Below, piece by piece: positions 45,282 through 55,302 of a DNA stretch of 64,000 nucleotides. The notes under the pieces were generated by a model that worked only from the letters and a program-made list of their open reading frames with translations, had not been told where the DNA came from and made no database searches. Each line of letters starts with the position of its first letter. The stretch's first letter is position 1. Source of the DNA: an uncultured Chloroflexia bacterium (lineage in GTDB: Bacteria > Chloroflexota > Chloroflexia > Thermomicrobiales > UBA6265); contig CAVVTE010000013.1 of the NCBI GenBank assembly GCA_963751075.1, positions 610,773 to 674,772 of the forward strand, read 5' to 3'. The position numbers and the translations under genes are program-made.

Positions 45282-46486
45282 ACTGGCCCCTCGAGGTCGC
45301 GGTCCTGATCGCGGTTGCTGTCTCGCTCGTCGGGACATTCGCGGCTCGTCACGCTGCCCTGCGCCTCCACTGGCTCGACCAACCGAGCCATCGCAAAGTG
45401 CACAGCAATCCGATCCCGCTCCTGGGCGGCATCGCCATGTACATGGCCTTTCTCATCTCCGTACTCTTCACCGACTCACGGGCGGTGCTTGCGGAAGGCA
45501 CCGCGGTCCTCATTGGCGCCACACTCTTGCTCGTGGTTGGGATCATCGACGACCAGCGCGGTGTTAGCCCGCGCACCAAGCTTCTCGCACAGGCGGGCGC
45601 GGCGATCCTGCTGGTGATCGGTGGCGCTGGCGTGGAGTTCTTGCCGTTCGCCTGGATGAACGTGGCCGCTACCATTTTCTGGGTGGCTGCCATCTGCAAT
45701 GCGATGAACCTGCTCGACAACATGGACGGGCTCTCGGCCGGAGTGTCCGCGATAGCCTGTGCTTTCTTCACGCTCCTAGCACTCTGGCATGGGCAGATCT
45801 GGGTCTCGATTGTCGCGGCAGTGCTCCTGGGGGCGACCCTCGGATTCCTGCGCTACAACTGGAACCCGGCGACGATTTTCATGGGCGATGCGGGCAGCCT
45901 GCTCCTTGGCTTCCTCCTGGCCGTCCTGGCCATCAAGCTGCGCTTCCCAGACGTCGATCCGCGTCGCACCTGGCCGATCCCGCTGCTGATCCTGGCCGTG
46001 CCGATTTTCGACACGACCGTGGTGACTATCTCACGGCTGCGGCGAGGGGTGCCCATCTCGAGCGGCGGTCGAGACCACGTTTCCCATCGACTGGTGCGCC
46101 TGGGGCTGAGCGTTCGACAGGCAGTGGCAACGATCTACATAGTAGCGGCGCTGTGCGGGGGTGCGGCCGTGGCAGTCCTACTTCTGCCGAGTCTCCCGTA
46201 CGTCTATGGAGTCCTTGCACTGATCGGTGTTGCCGGTCTCATCGCGTTGTACCGGCTAGAACAGGTCGACCTTTCGGATACCGGGCAAGTTCCGCGCGCG
46301 TACCGGAGGCGGCACGCCGTAAAGCGGCGGGTCGGCCGGGTGCTGCGTCCCTTCGGGGTTCGCCACGTGCGGGAACCGCACGTCCACCGCACCCGGCGGA
46401 AGCCGCTGTGGGAGCGCCCTGGTCAGGCGAGTGCACCGCTCTGGATTCGCCAGCCGGAGCGGACAGAAACCAGCAAAAAGCAGTAG
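45278..46486 (+). CDS. Polyprenyl-phosphate N-acetylhexosamine-1-phosphate transferase (WecA/TagO/MraY family)
   Basis: Intact multi-TM ORF with ICNAMNLLDNMDGLSAG and FMGDAGSLLLGF, ending in a basic C-terminal tail. Confidence 0.85.
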   Translation: MNWPLEVAVLIAVAVSLVGTFAARHAALRLHWLDQPSHRKVHSNPIPLLGGIAMYMAFLISVLFTDSRAVLAEGTAVLIGATLLLVVGIIDDQRGVSPRTKLLAQAGAAILLVIGGAGVEFLPFAWMNVAATIFWVAAICNAMNLLDNMDGLSAGVSAIACAFFTLLALWHGQIWVSIVAAVLLGATLGFLRYNWNPATIFMGDAGSLLLGFLLAVLAIKLRFPDVDPRRTWPIPLLILAVPIFDTTVVTISRLRRGVPISSGGRDHVSHRLVRLGLSVRQAVATIYIVAALCGGAAVAVLLLPSLPYVYGVLALIGVAGLIALYRLEQVDLSDTGQVPRAYRRRHAVKRRVGRVLRPFGVRHVREPHVHRTRRKPLWERPGQASAPLWIRQPERTETSKKQ

Positions 46487-46533
46487 GTGCCGCCAGCTTG
46501 CAGTCAGGGCCTGCTTGCCGCGAACGCCTCGTT

Positions 46534-48543
46534 CTAACGGCTCACCGCTACCGGAGCCGCGGCTGGCGGGAACGTGCCCGAACCGTCGACCGCGGGCGCC
46601 CAGCATTCGAGCCAGGCCTGGAACTGCAAGACATTCCACAGCGGATACTGCCAGTTACGGGTCCCGGTGAGGTGCTCCTGCCACTTCTGCCGGATCGGCG
46701 CGGGGTGGAAGAACCCCTCGTTCCGCAGTCGCCGCTCGTCGAGCAATTCCTCGGCCCACTCGCGCAGCGGGCCGCGCAACCAGACATCGATCGGTACCCC
46801 GAAACCCATCTTGGGACGTTCGATCAGCGCTTTCGGAACGTAGCGGTACAACACCTGGCGCAGGAGCCACTTTCCTTGGCCGTCTCGGACCTTCATCGAA
46901 AGGGGGACAGACGCGGCAAAGGCGACCACGCGGTGATCGATGAGTGGCACGCGTGCTTCCAGACTTACCGCCATACTGGCGCGGTCGACCTTGGTGAGAA
47001 TGTCGTCCGGCAGGTAGCTGATGAGGTCTAGAAACATCATTCGCTGCGTGAAGTCAGGGAGCGCGGCCCAACGCGAGCGGTCGGTGATTGCCGTCGGCGG
47101 CTCGCAAGCATCGACGACAACCTCATCTGTTTGCTTCCACTGAGAGACCAACCCGCGATACAGCTCCTCCGGGCTCTCTGCCGCCAATACCCCGGCCAGT
47201 TTGTGCAGTTTGTCACCGGGCGTCCGTTGCCGCAGAGCGCCCGGCAGCAGAGAGTCGAAACGAGAGAACTGACGGTCCCAACTGCCTGGCGACAAGGCGG
47301 TGATTGCCCGCGAGCCGAAGGTACGCGCTGCCGGCGGCGCCCAGCCGATCTTGCGCCAGATCGAACGGCCCCAGAAATAGCGGTTATAACCGCCGAACAA
47401 CTCGTCGCCGCCGTCGCCCGAGAGGCTGACGGTGACCTGCCGTCGCGCCAATTGCGAAACCAGGAAGGTGGGAATCTGGGACGAATCGGCGAACGGCTCA
47501 TCGAACATAGTCGGAAGTTGCGGGATGACCGCGCGCGCCTCCTCCGGCGTCACGTAGAGCGAGGTGTGGTCGGTCCCCAGGTGTCCGGCTACCGCCGCCG
47601 CGTTCGCCGCCTCGTCGTACCCTGCCTCATGAAAACCGATGGTGAAGGTCTTCACCGGCCGCGCGCTCTGCGCCTGCATCAGCGCCACGACAGTTGAGGA
47701 GTCGATGCCACCGGAGAGGAAGGCGCCGAGGGGGACGTCAGCGATCATGCGGAGGGCAACCGCGTCTCGCAGTAGCGCGTCGAGCTCCGCAATGGCCTCA
47801 GACTCGCCATAGGGGAAGGGATTGGCGAGACCGTCCTCGACGACCTCGCGGGCAGACCAGAACGGCTCCGGCATGGCCGCAACATCTGCCTGGGAGCGCA
47901 GTGTGAGAATCGTCCCCGGCGGCAGCTTATGGATGCCGCGGTAGATCGCATAAGGCGCCGGTACGTAGCCATGCCGCATATAAAGCGCCAGCGCGTCACG
48001 ATCGATCTCGGCGTGGAACGCGGGATGCGCCGCCAGCGCCTTGAGCTCGGAGCCGAACAGGAATGTGCCGCTATGCCATCCGTAGTAGAGCGGCTTGATT
48101 CCCAGCCGGTCGCGCACTAGATGCAGCGCGCGTTCCTGGCGGTCCCACAGGGCAAAGGCGAACATGCCGACGAAGCGCTGAATGGCGCGGGGGAGCCCCC
48201 ACTCCTCGATCGCGGTCAGCAACACTTCGGTGTCGGAGCCGCCCCGGAAACCGTGGCCCAACTGCTCCAACTCGCTGCGGACGGCGGCGAAGTTGTAGAC
48301 CTCGCCGTTGAAGATGATGACGTAGCGCCCGCTGGCCGACTGCATTGGCTGCCGGCCCGCGGACGACAGGTCGACGATCGCGAGCCGGCGGAAGCCGAGG
48401 CTAATCCCGCACGTGTGATCAATCCACTCGTCCGCGTCATCAGGTCCGCGATACGCCACCTGCGCGGCCATGCGGCGCGTTAGCGATCGCAGCTCGAACT
48501 CGCCCTCACCTGCGTTCTGCCAAAAACCGGTGATCCCACACAT
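46534..48543 (-). CDS. asnB: Asparagine synthase (glutamine-hydrolysing) family amidotransferase
   Basis: Intact 669 aa. It has the N-terminal MCGITGFW (Ntn Cys) and the PP-loop sequence AFLSGGIDSS. Confidence 0.9.
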   Translation of the reverse strand: MCGITGFWQNAGEGEFELRSLTRRMAAQVAYRGPDDADEWIDHTCGISLGFRRLAIVDLSSAGRQPMQSASGRYVIIFNGEVYNFAAVRSELEQLGHGFRGGSDTEVLLTAIEEWGLPRAIQRFVGMFAFALWDRQERALHLVRDRLGIKPLYYGWHSGTFLFGSELKALAAHPAFHAEIDRDALALYMRHGYVPAPYAIYRGIHKLPPGTILTLRSQADVAAMPEPFWSAREVVEDGLANPFPYGESEAIAELDALLRDAVALRMIADVPLGAFLSGGIDSSTVVALMQAQSARPVKTFTIGFHEAGYDEAANAAAVAGHLGTDHTSLYVTPEEARAVIPQLPTMFDEPFADSSQIPTFLVSQLARRQVTVSLSGDGGDELFGGYNRYFWGRSIWRKIGWAPPAARTFGSRAITALSPGSWDRQFSRFDSLLPGALRQRTPGDKLHKLAGVLAAESPEELYRGLVSQWKQTDEVVVDACEPPTAITDRSRWAALPDFTQRMMFLDLISYLPDDILTKVDRASMAVSLEARVPLIDHRVVAFAASVPLSMKVRDGQGKWLLRQVLYRYVPKALIERPKMGFGVPIDVWLRGPLREWAEELLDERRLRNEGFFHPAPIRQKWQEHLTGTRNWQYPLWNVLQFQAWLECWAPAVDGSGTFPPAAAPVAVSR

Positions 48544-48709
48544 TGCCTTCCCTAACCGGTTGACCTTACACGTCAGTTAGCGAGCCGAGTTCGCACGTAT
48601 ACCCAACGTAGATTTCGCGGAACTGGTCACGCAATTCTCTCACGTGACTGTTCTCTCTCGGCGGTGGCCGGAGCCACGACAATTGCCCAATTCCCCGAAG
48701 CAGCACTGG

Positions 48710-49900
48710 TTAAGTTGCAGACCGCAATACGCTCACCAACTGCGGGGCCGCCACCTGCAGCGAGTACCGCTCTTCGACCCGCAGACGTCCGGCTTTGCCC
48801 TGGCGATTGCGAAGATCTCGATCGCCCCACAGGCGCTCTAAAGCGAGGATCCATTCATCAGAGGTTGTCGCGCAGAAGCCGTTCTCACCATCTACGATGA
48901 TATCCCGGTTCACTCCCACCGGTGAACCGATCACAGGCCTGGCGCAGGCCATGTACTGAATCAATTTGAACCCATTCTTGCCCCGTTCGAACGGAGAATC
49001 GACCAGTGGCATGATCCCAACGTCGAATCTCCGGATCTCTTCAACCTCAGTTGATTCTGTCCATGGCTTGACCTCTAGCGGCACGTTTCCCAAGTCAAGA
49101 CTGCCAGAGCCCACGGCAACGACCCGAGCACTACGGCATTCACAGAACGCCTCTAGCGCCGGGCGAATTACTTGGAGGTTATAGGCCGTGGCTGGGGATC
49201 CGATCCAGCCGATCGTGAAGGGCTCAGACTCGGTTGCCGGCGCCAACGGGAAACGTTTCAGATCAACGACCGTCGGCAGAATCTTCACGCATTTGGCCCC
49301 CGCGTCCCGAGCCCGAGTGGCAATGTAGTGATTGCCGGCGACGACCACCGCCGCCTCTCGCATTACTCGATCGATCTTCTGCCCAAGCAGCTTCCTGATT
49401 ATTGGCAAGCGGTGCTGGTCGTAGCGGTGAAACATGGCATCGTCGTAGTCAACGACAAAAGGTACGCCCGTTGGCAGCAGGAACGATTCCAGCCAAGCCG
49501 GGATCCAAGGAAACGCTTCTACGTAGATCCAGATAAGGTCATAGCGCCGAGCTTGGAGCAACGACCACACCCGTCTCGCATACGAGCGAGCAATGCGCGC
49601 TCTTGGCAATGCGCTCTGAGTGTAGAGGCTTTGCAAGTAGTCGTCGTCGAGCAGCGTCTCGACGTGTACGTCGAACCCATGATCGGCCAGGTAGGGCAGA
49701 TACTGAAGGCAACGGTGCCGAGTGCTCGCCGCCATGGGTCCGTATCTACTCAGGAGAAGGACCCGCGTTCTGCTCAAGGGGATTTGTCTTTGGGCAACGG
49801 CGGCATCTCCCAGGACTACCCGCCATCTCTCCGCAAGCATCCCTCCCAGCACTGAAAGGAGGAGGACGCATCGTCGCGCGTGAGGAGGGCGAGGCGCCAA
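48710..49900 (-). CDS. GT4-family glycosyltransferase
   Basis: Intact ORF with VLLLSRYGPMAASTRHRCLQYLPYL at the N-terminus and FERGKNGFKLIQYMACARPVIGSPVGVN in the C-domain. The true start is probably downstream of 49900. Confidence 0.78.
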   Translation of the reverse strand: MAPRPPHARRCVLLLSVLGGMLAERWRVVLGDAAVAQRQIPLSRTRVLLLSRYGPMAASTRHRCLQYLPYLADHGFDVHVETLLDDDYLQSLYTQSALPRARIARSYARRVWSLLQARRYDLIWIYVEAFPWIPAWLESFLLPTGVPFVVDYDDAMFHRYDQHRLPIIRKLLGQKIDRVMREAAVVVAGNHYIATRARDAGAKCVKILPTVVDLKRFPLAPATESEPFTIGWIGSPATAYNLQVIRPALEAFCECRSARVVAVGSGSLDLGNVPLEVKPWTESTEVEEIRRFDVGIMPLVDSPFERGKNGFKLIQYMACARPVIGSPVGVNRDIIVDGENGFCATTSDEWILALERLWGDRDLRNRQGKAGRLRVEERYSLQVAAPQLVSVLRSAT

Positions 49901-50011
49901 CTATACTCCGCTCAATCAGTACTCACTGTCCCGGCATCCAGCTAACGCAAGACCTAAACGAGGTATGCCCCTTTCGCAAGCAATGGGCCTCACATGTGCG
50001 CCTGACTGAAC

Positions 50012-51043
50012 GTGATTGCCGCGCCGCCAGCAAGGTCTTCGACGATGAGCGAGGGTCATAGCAGAGAGACGGTTCGCCCGGAATCAATGGCTTCGAGCAT
50101 TTGCGCGGTAATGGTGACCTTCTTTCCGGATTCCGGAGCCGTGGAACGCGCCCGGCTCATAGTGCACCAAGTCGGAGCGGTCATCGTTGTCGATAACGGT
50201 TCCGGCCCTGAGCACGAGGATATCTTGCACACCCTCTCACGAATCCCGCGTCTCACGCTCCTGCAGAACGACACGAACGTTGGTCTCGCGACCGCGCTCA
50301 ACCAGGGAGTGAGTTGGGCAAAGAATCACGGCTTTGAGTGGGCCCTCTTGTTCGATCAAGACTCGACTCCTCTCGACTCGATGGTTTCAGAACTTAGCCA
50401 CATCTGCTTGGCATTGGGTCGCGAGGCGAGCACGACCCTCATAGGTTCCAATTTCGTGGACGTAAACAGTGGTCGTGCCTGGCTGAATTCCCCCGACGAT
50501 CCGAACCGCTCATGGGTCGACACCAAGACCATGACAACTTCTGGAACGCTCATGCCGATCTCGGCATTCGACACGCTGGGCCCGTTCCGAAGTGATCTCT
50601 TTGTCGACCTTGTCGACATGGAGTACAGCCTTCGGGCCAAATCCCGGGGATTTAGTGTTGTCGCATCAGTGCGTCCGCTGATGTTGCACACCGTAGGTGC
50701 TAAGCAGCGCCGTCGCTTCTTTTGGCGGACGGTTTGGCCAAGCAATCACCCGCCGCAACGGCGTTACCTTATGGCCCGCAATAGCGTACGTCTGATTCGA
50801 GAGTACGGCGCACGAGATCCTACCTGGGCATTGGCGACAATATCGGCCCTAGTGAAGTCCTTGATCTTGGTCCTGCTCTACGAAGACGGCCGACTTTCGA
50901 AGCTCACGTCTACGGGGAGGGGAATTATCGCGGGACTGAGGCGAAGCACCGTTCACGACGCAACAGAGCCGCCAACATGTCAGTATCGTGGAAGATGCTC
51001 CTCGTCTCCCCCGCTGAACAGTCCTTCGAGTGTGAGAATGTGA
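50012..51043 (+). CDS. GT2 glycosyltransferase (rhamnosyltransferase WbbL-like)
   Basis: Intact ORF with AVMVTFFPD, IVVDNGS, LLFDQDSTP and DMEYSLRAKSRGF. The start is probably ATG 50045 or 50087. Confidence 0.78.
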   Translation: MIAAPPARSSTMSEGHSRETVRPESMASSICAVMVTFFPDSGAVERARLIVHQVGAVIVVDNGSGPEHEDILHTLSRIPRLTLLQNDTNVGLATALNQGVSWAKNHGFEWALLFDQDSTPLDSMVSELSHICLALGREASTTLIGSNFVDVNSGRAWLNSPDDPNRSWVDTKTMTTSGTLMPISAFDTLGPFRSDLFVDLVDMEYSLRAKSRGFSVVASVRPLMLHTVGAKQRRRFFWRTVWPSNHPPQRRYLMARNSVRLIREYGARDPTWALATISALVKSLILVLLYEDGRLSKLTSTGRGIIAGLRRSTVHDATEPPTCQYRGRCSSSPPLNSPSSVRM

Positions 51044-51174
51044 CGAATGACGATTCGCGGCCGCCTCAAGATCCCTCCAAGGACAAGTCGGTCGGAGCTG
51101 CATCGCGGGTATACTTTTATGTAACACTGGGTATAGTGCACCGCCGTGAGCCTCGAGTGCGTAAGCCGAAAATC

Positions 51175-51884
51175 CTAATCTGCCCGCTCCAGCTTGCGAG
51201 CCACGAGCGTGTACGAGCTCCCGTTCAATTCACCCCGCTCAAGAGTCTCAAGAATTGGACGTACTGCCGGGTACGCGAGTCGACCGGCTCGCCATAGCCC
51301 TCGTCTGACGAGCTTTGCCGGTAGCACATGTGCAACGAGTGCGATCCAACCAGCGCGGCTGCTATCGCGCGCATCCTGGTTATCTGAGGTAATCAAGATG
51401 GTTTCCAACCCGAACTCGTCTAGGCGTGACCGAAGCAGGTCGGCTGGAATGAGCTGGAGGTGACGAGGCGCATCAAGATGTGCCCATCGCGAACGAAGCA
51501 TCCGAAACTGTAGCGCTTGCGGGTTTGGCGTGGCGATCACGAGGATGCCGCCGGTCGTCAGCCGGTTGGCCGCCCGTTGCAAGCAAGGCCACGGATCAGG
51601 GAGATGCTCGATGACGTGCCACAACGTGATGACCTGCTGAGGTTCCACATGTTCCATAGTGGCAGCAGGGTCGTCGCTTTGAATGGTTTCTACTCCGACG
51701 ACTTCCCGGAGATAACGGCAGCATCGGTCGTCCATCTCGATTGTCTGAACTTCAAAGCCTGACTTCTTGGCAAGGTAGGCAAAGACGCCAAATGGGGATT
51801 CCGTTCACAGACTAATCGCACGCTCTCCGCTTCCCAGCCGCGGCACACTCTCCTGTTGAACAATTCAACCCTTCCACAAAACAA
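51175..51884 (-). pseudogene. Class I SAM-dependent methyltransferase (Methyltransf_23-like), one frame change in a G4 run
   Basis: ORF 51175..51735 (LWHVIEHLPDP, GGILVIATPN) lacks the SAM-binding N-terminus. FGVFAYLAKKSGFEVQTIEMDD lies just upstream, and the N-terminus is in ORF 51690..51884. The junction is at GGGG 51794-51797. Confidence 0.75.
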
Positions 51885-51908
51885 CTGGTTAGTCTCATTT
51901 ACTCCTTG

Positions 51909-53534
51909 CTAACCAGGAGGTACTTGGCGATTCCGTGTAGAACCTGAACCTCTTCGGCTCCCAGCCGGGACACGCTCCAGCAGTTTTAATCGGAATGAAT
52001 CGAGATAATGCTTAACGAGACGACGATCCGCCGGAGTCAACAGAAGATACCAGAGGGTCGGGACAAGCACAGCAATTGCCCCAAGCAGGATCGAAGAACG
52101 AATCAGAATGGGCGCGGAAATCGGAATCTGAGTTCCGATCACCAATGCGATCCCCGCCGCGACTGCCACCTGGGAGATGAGTGCCGTACTTTGCGGGACG
52201 AATCGATGCGCCAGCCAGAGCAGACAGAGGGTATCGATCGTTGCCCGAGCCGTCCAAGCCATGGCCGCGCCAACGATGCCATGCGTCTCCACCAGCCAGA
52301 AGAGCAAGACCAGATATGGCAGGAGCTCGCACACGTGCAATTTGGCGACGAGATCCGGCCGGCCCGCGGCTTGTACAAGCACGAATGGAACCTGAGCCAT
52401 GCAGTTGATGAATACGCCAACCGCGAGCCATTGCAACACCAAAGCGCTGTTGCGCGCATAGTCGGCGCCGAGCCATAACTGGAGTAGGTCTTCGGCAAAA
52501 ACGATCGCTACCAGGGTCAGCGGAGCCAGCACGATCAGCAGCGACTTGGCCCCCCATCCGAAAATTCTCTCGACACGAGCCCGATCCGGGGCGAAGCTTG
52601 CGGAAAACGCGGGGAACACGACCCCACCGACGGCACCCGCCACGATGCTGACCTTGGTGATCAAGTCATATGGAACGGTGTAGTACGCCACGCTACCGAT
52701 CGAGAGAAGGGACCCGACTACGAATCGATCCAGATAGGTCAGCATTGGGCTTACGATGTTCGATACAGTCAACCATCCGCCGAATCGCACCATGGGGCCG
52801 AGCAACCCAAAGCGCGGTCGGAAGCTCTGTGCCATGCCCGGCGTGATGCGGAGACACAGCAGCAAGTAGGCCAACCAGGCAATTACTCGGCCCACGAGCA
52901 TCACGGCGACAATCGCCACCAGGCTCCGCGAATACGGCAGGACCAGCACCGGACCAAGCAAAGTGAAGGCGCCCATCGTGACGCTCACCATGCTCACGAC
53001 CCGGAACCGGTGCTGGGCTTCTAGCACGCCACGCAACCCCGATGATGTTGTCAATAGTGGCAGGAACAGCGCGACCAGCAGCAGGGCTTGGCGGGATTCC
53101 GTCTGCAAGGACTCGGGGATCTTGAGAACGTCGCCAACCAACCAGGGGACAAGCAAGCCGAAGGCGACTGAACTTGCGAACCCCAACGCCGCTAATAACA
53201 GCAATGCAGTCCACACCAGCGTTGGGATCTCTTGCTCTTGCTCTCGCCCCAACTCCTCGGCGACGACCTTAGTCAATACTCTCCCAAGGCCTAGGTCGAA
53301 AACGCTGGAATAGCCGATCAGGGCCCAAATGAGCGCTAAGGCGCCGAAGCGATCCGCTCCCAGCTGGCTTGTCAGCAGGGGAAGGGTTACGAGTGCGATT
53401 GGGAGAGGAGCCGCGAGACCGATAAAGTTCCAGATCGTGTTGCGAGCAAGGGTGCGACCGCTAGTTGATTTGCGTGAAGCGAGTATTGGTTCCGAGACGC
53501 TCTCCGTCACAGTCTGAGTCAAACGTTCACCCAC
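51909..53534 (-). CDS. wzx: Wzx/MOP-family polysaccharide flippase
   Basis: Intact 541 aa with about 12-14 predicted TM helices. The N-terminal ARNTIWNFIGLAAPLPIALVTLPLL is typical of the family. Confidence 0.82.
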   Translation of the reverse strand: MGERLTQTVTESVSEPILASRKSTSGRTLARNTIWNFIGLAAPLPIALVTLPLLTSQLGADRFGALALIWALIGYSSVFDLGLGRVLTKVVAEELGREQEQEIPTLVWTALLLLAALGFASSVAFGLLVPWLVGDVLKIPESLQTESRQALLLVALFLPLLTTSSGLRGVLEAQHRFRVVSMVSVTMGAFTLLGPVLVLPYSRSLVAIVAVMLVGRVIAWLAYLLLCLRITPGMAQSFRPRFGLLGPMVRFGGWLTVSNIVSPMLTYLDRFVVGSLLSIGSVAYYTVPYDLITKVSIVAGAVGGVVFPAFSASFAPDRARVERIFGWGAKSLLIVLAPLTLVAIVFAEDLLQLWLGADYARNSALVLQWLAVGVFINCMAQVPFVLVQAAGRPDLVAKLHVCELLPYLVLLFWLVETHGIVGAAMAWTARATIDTLCLLWLAHRFVPQSTALISQVAVAAGIALVIGTQIPISAPILIRSSILLGAIAVLVPTLWYLLLTPADRRLVKHYLDSFRLKLLERVPAGSRRGSGSTRNRQVPPG

Positions 53535-53842
53535 CGGCTTGCCTAGGATGGAAACGCATCTTGGTTCCGCCTGCTCCGGCGCTCATGTAAACGAGTTATC
53601 CGCACAAGTATTTTGATCACCCTCGTCCCTACTGCCTGCCGATGTTACGCGGCATGCAGACTAAAGATCACGAAGCGTGAGGATCGCGTTAGTCGCGGGA
53701 GCGAACACAACGAACATGCGCCCAGGTCTTCGGTGTGGCGATCACCGTGTTCCAACAGCTGACCCGACTACAGACTATGCATCCAGTCGCTGTGAAACTG
53801 CCCTTCTGATGCGCCAACCATACATGCGGGTCGTGGCAACTA

Positions 53843-54790
53843 TCACGATTCTTCGCCGTGATAGCGACCTCCCTTCTCGAGAAAGACCGTAACGCCCTGC
53901 ACGTAGCGAAGGAAGAAGACGAGCAACCAGTCACCAAGGACTGACCGCTCTCGCGAGTACTTGTAAAGGGCCGGTTGCGAGAATATTTGGCGAACCTTTT
54001 GAGTATAGAACTCTTTTGTATAGCGCATTGAAGTAAGGAGTCCATGCTGCTTGGTTAGCGAGAGTAAGGTACTGTAGGATATGTACTTCGTATATTTAAC
54101 AACATACTCAGCATGACTTTCTGAGAAGGCAGACAGAGTTACAGTCGGGGGTTGCTTGCTGAAAATCCCTAACCTAAATCTGCTGCAAAGGGCGATGAAC
54201 GCCTTTAGGAGGTCATAGTTCATTATCCGGTGAGCAAACGGGATCAGAATGTGCCACTCCATGATGACATGCTTTAGAGGAAAGAGGTGAACTGAGAAAC
54301 CGGTTGGTGTCATGCATCGTGCAACCTCACCGAAGAATTGGTCATGATCTTGAAGGTGCTCACCGACCTGATTGGACAGGATGATGTCAAAAAAGCCAGC
54401 TGGGTACGGCCATTCAGATTCAATGGGGATGTGTTTGATCCTTTCTTCCCAAGGCGTTTCTGGAAACCGCCTCATTAATTCTCCGATGGCCTCGCCAAAG
54501 TTCTTGATCGGCCAGAAGTCAAGTACGTCAAAGCCGAAGACTTCAAAAGTCACCGTCGGATTCTCGAGTGGAAGATTTTCGTAAAGAAAGGCGATCAGGC
54601 GACAGTCACCGCAGCCAGCATCCAACACCCGGACGACCTGACCCGGAAGAAACCGGTAAGACTCCGTGTTGATGACGCTAAGCACGTGCAAATGCGCAAC
54701 ATGCTTCGGGCTCCGAATTTCCTGCCATGAAGGCGTCTGCATCAGATACTCCAAGTCAACGAGTGCAGGGGCCCGAGACACCTCCCGCAC
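53843..54790 (-). CDS. Class I SAM-dependent methyltransferase, low-GC gene
   Basis: Intact ORF with VRVLDAGCGDCRLIAFL and IILSNQVGEHLQD. It is visibly AT-richer than the flanks. Confidence 0.75.
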   Translation of the reverse strand: MREVSRAPALVDLEYLMQTPSWQEIRSPKHVAHLHVLSVINTESYRFLPGQVVRVLDAGCGDCRLIAFLYENLPLENPTVTFEVFGFDVLDFWPIKNFGEAIGELMRRFPETPWEERIKHIPIESEWPYPAGFFDIILSNQVGEHLQDHDQFFGEVARCMTPTGFSVHLFPLKHVIMEWHILIPFAHRIMNYDLLKAFIALCSRFRLGIFSKQPPTVTLSAFSESHAEYVVKYTKYISYSTLLSLTKQHGLLTSMRYTKEFYTQKVRQIFSQPALYKYSRERSVLGDWLLVFFLRYVQGVTVFLEKGGRYHGEES

Positions 54791-55302
54791 TTCAGGGTCA
54801 TTCTAAGGTTTGCTGTCGGTCCCGAGGAGTTGCCGGCGACCGCCGATTGTGGACGATTTAGTAGGCTGGCCGCTCGTTCACTACAGCAGCGATCTGGCCG
54901 TCCTCTCAGGCGCATCGAGTTCCAATCAATACCGTGGCTGACCCGTCTCGAATAGAGAGTCAGCGCCTCATGGCTTGCAGTGATAGGTTCGCAACCCTGG
55001 CACCCGCCTCGGTTCGTCTTCACTGCTGGTGCATTCGCTTCTCGCGAAGCCTTGGGGAATCGTTCATTCAAGCAAAGTCTTGTACCATATTTTGAGGCAG
55101 CGCCCCTAAAATGAACTCATGCGCGTGCAACGGACTCTAGGTAGAGGAGCGTGCCAGCGCGGACGGCAAGAACCGTCGGAGGTAGAGTCCCTAATGAGCG
55201 CAAGATTCAGCGCGGCACGAGTGAAGAGAAGTCCTTAGCGTGTTGTTCCGCCCGTCTGATGCAGCTTCCCTCGCTCCGAAGACCACCACTCCTCATCCAC
55301 GA

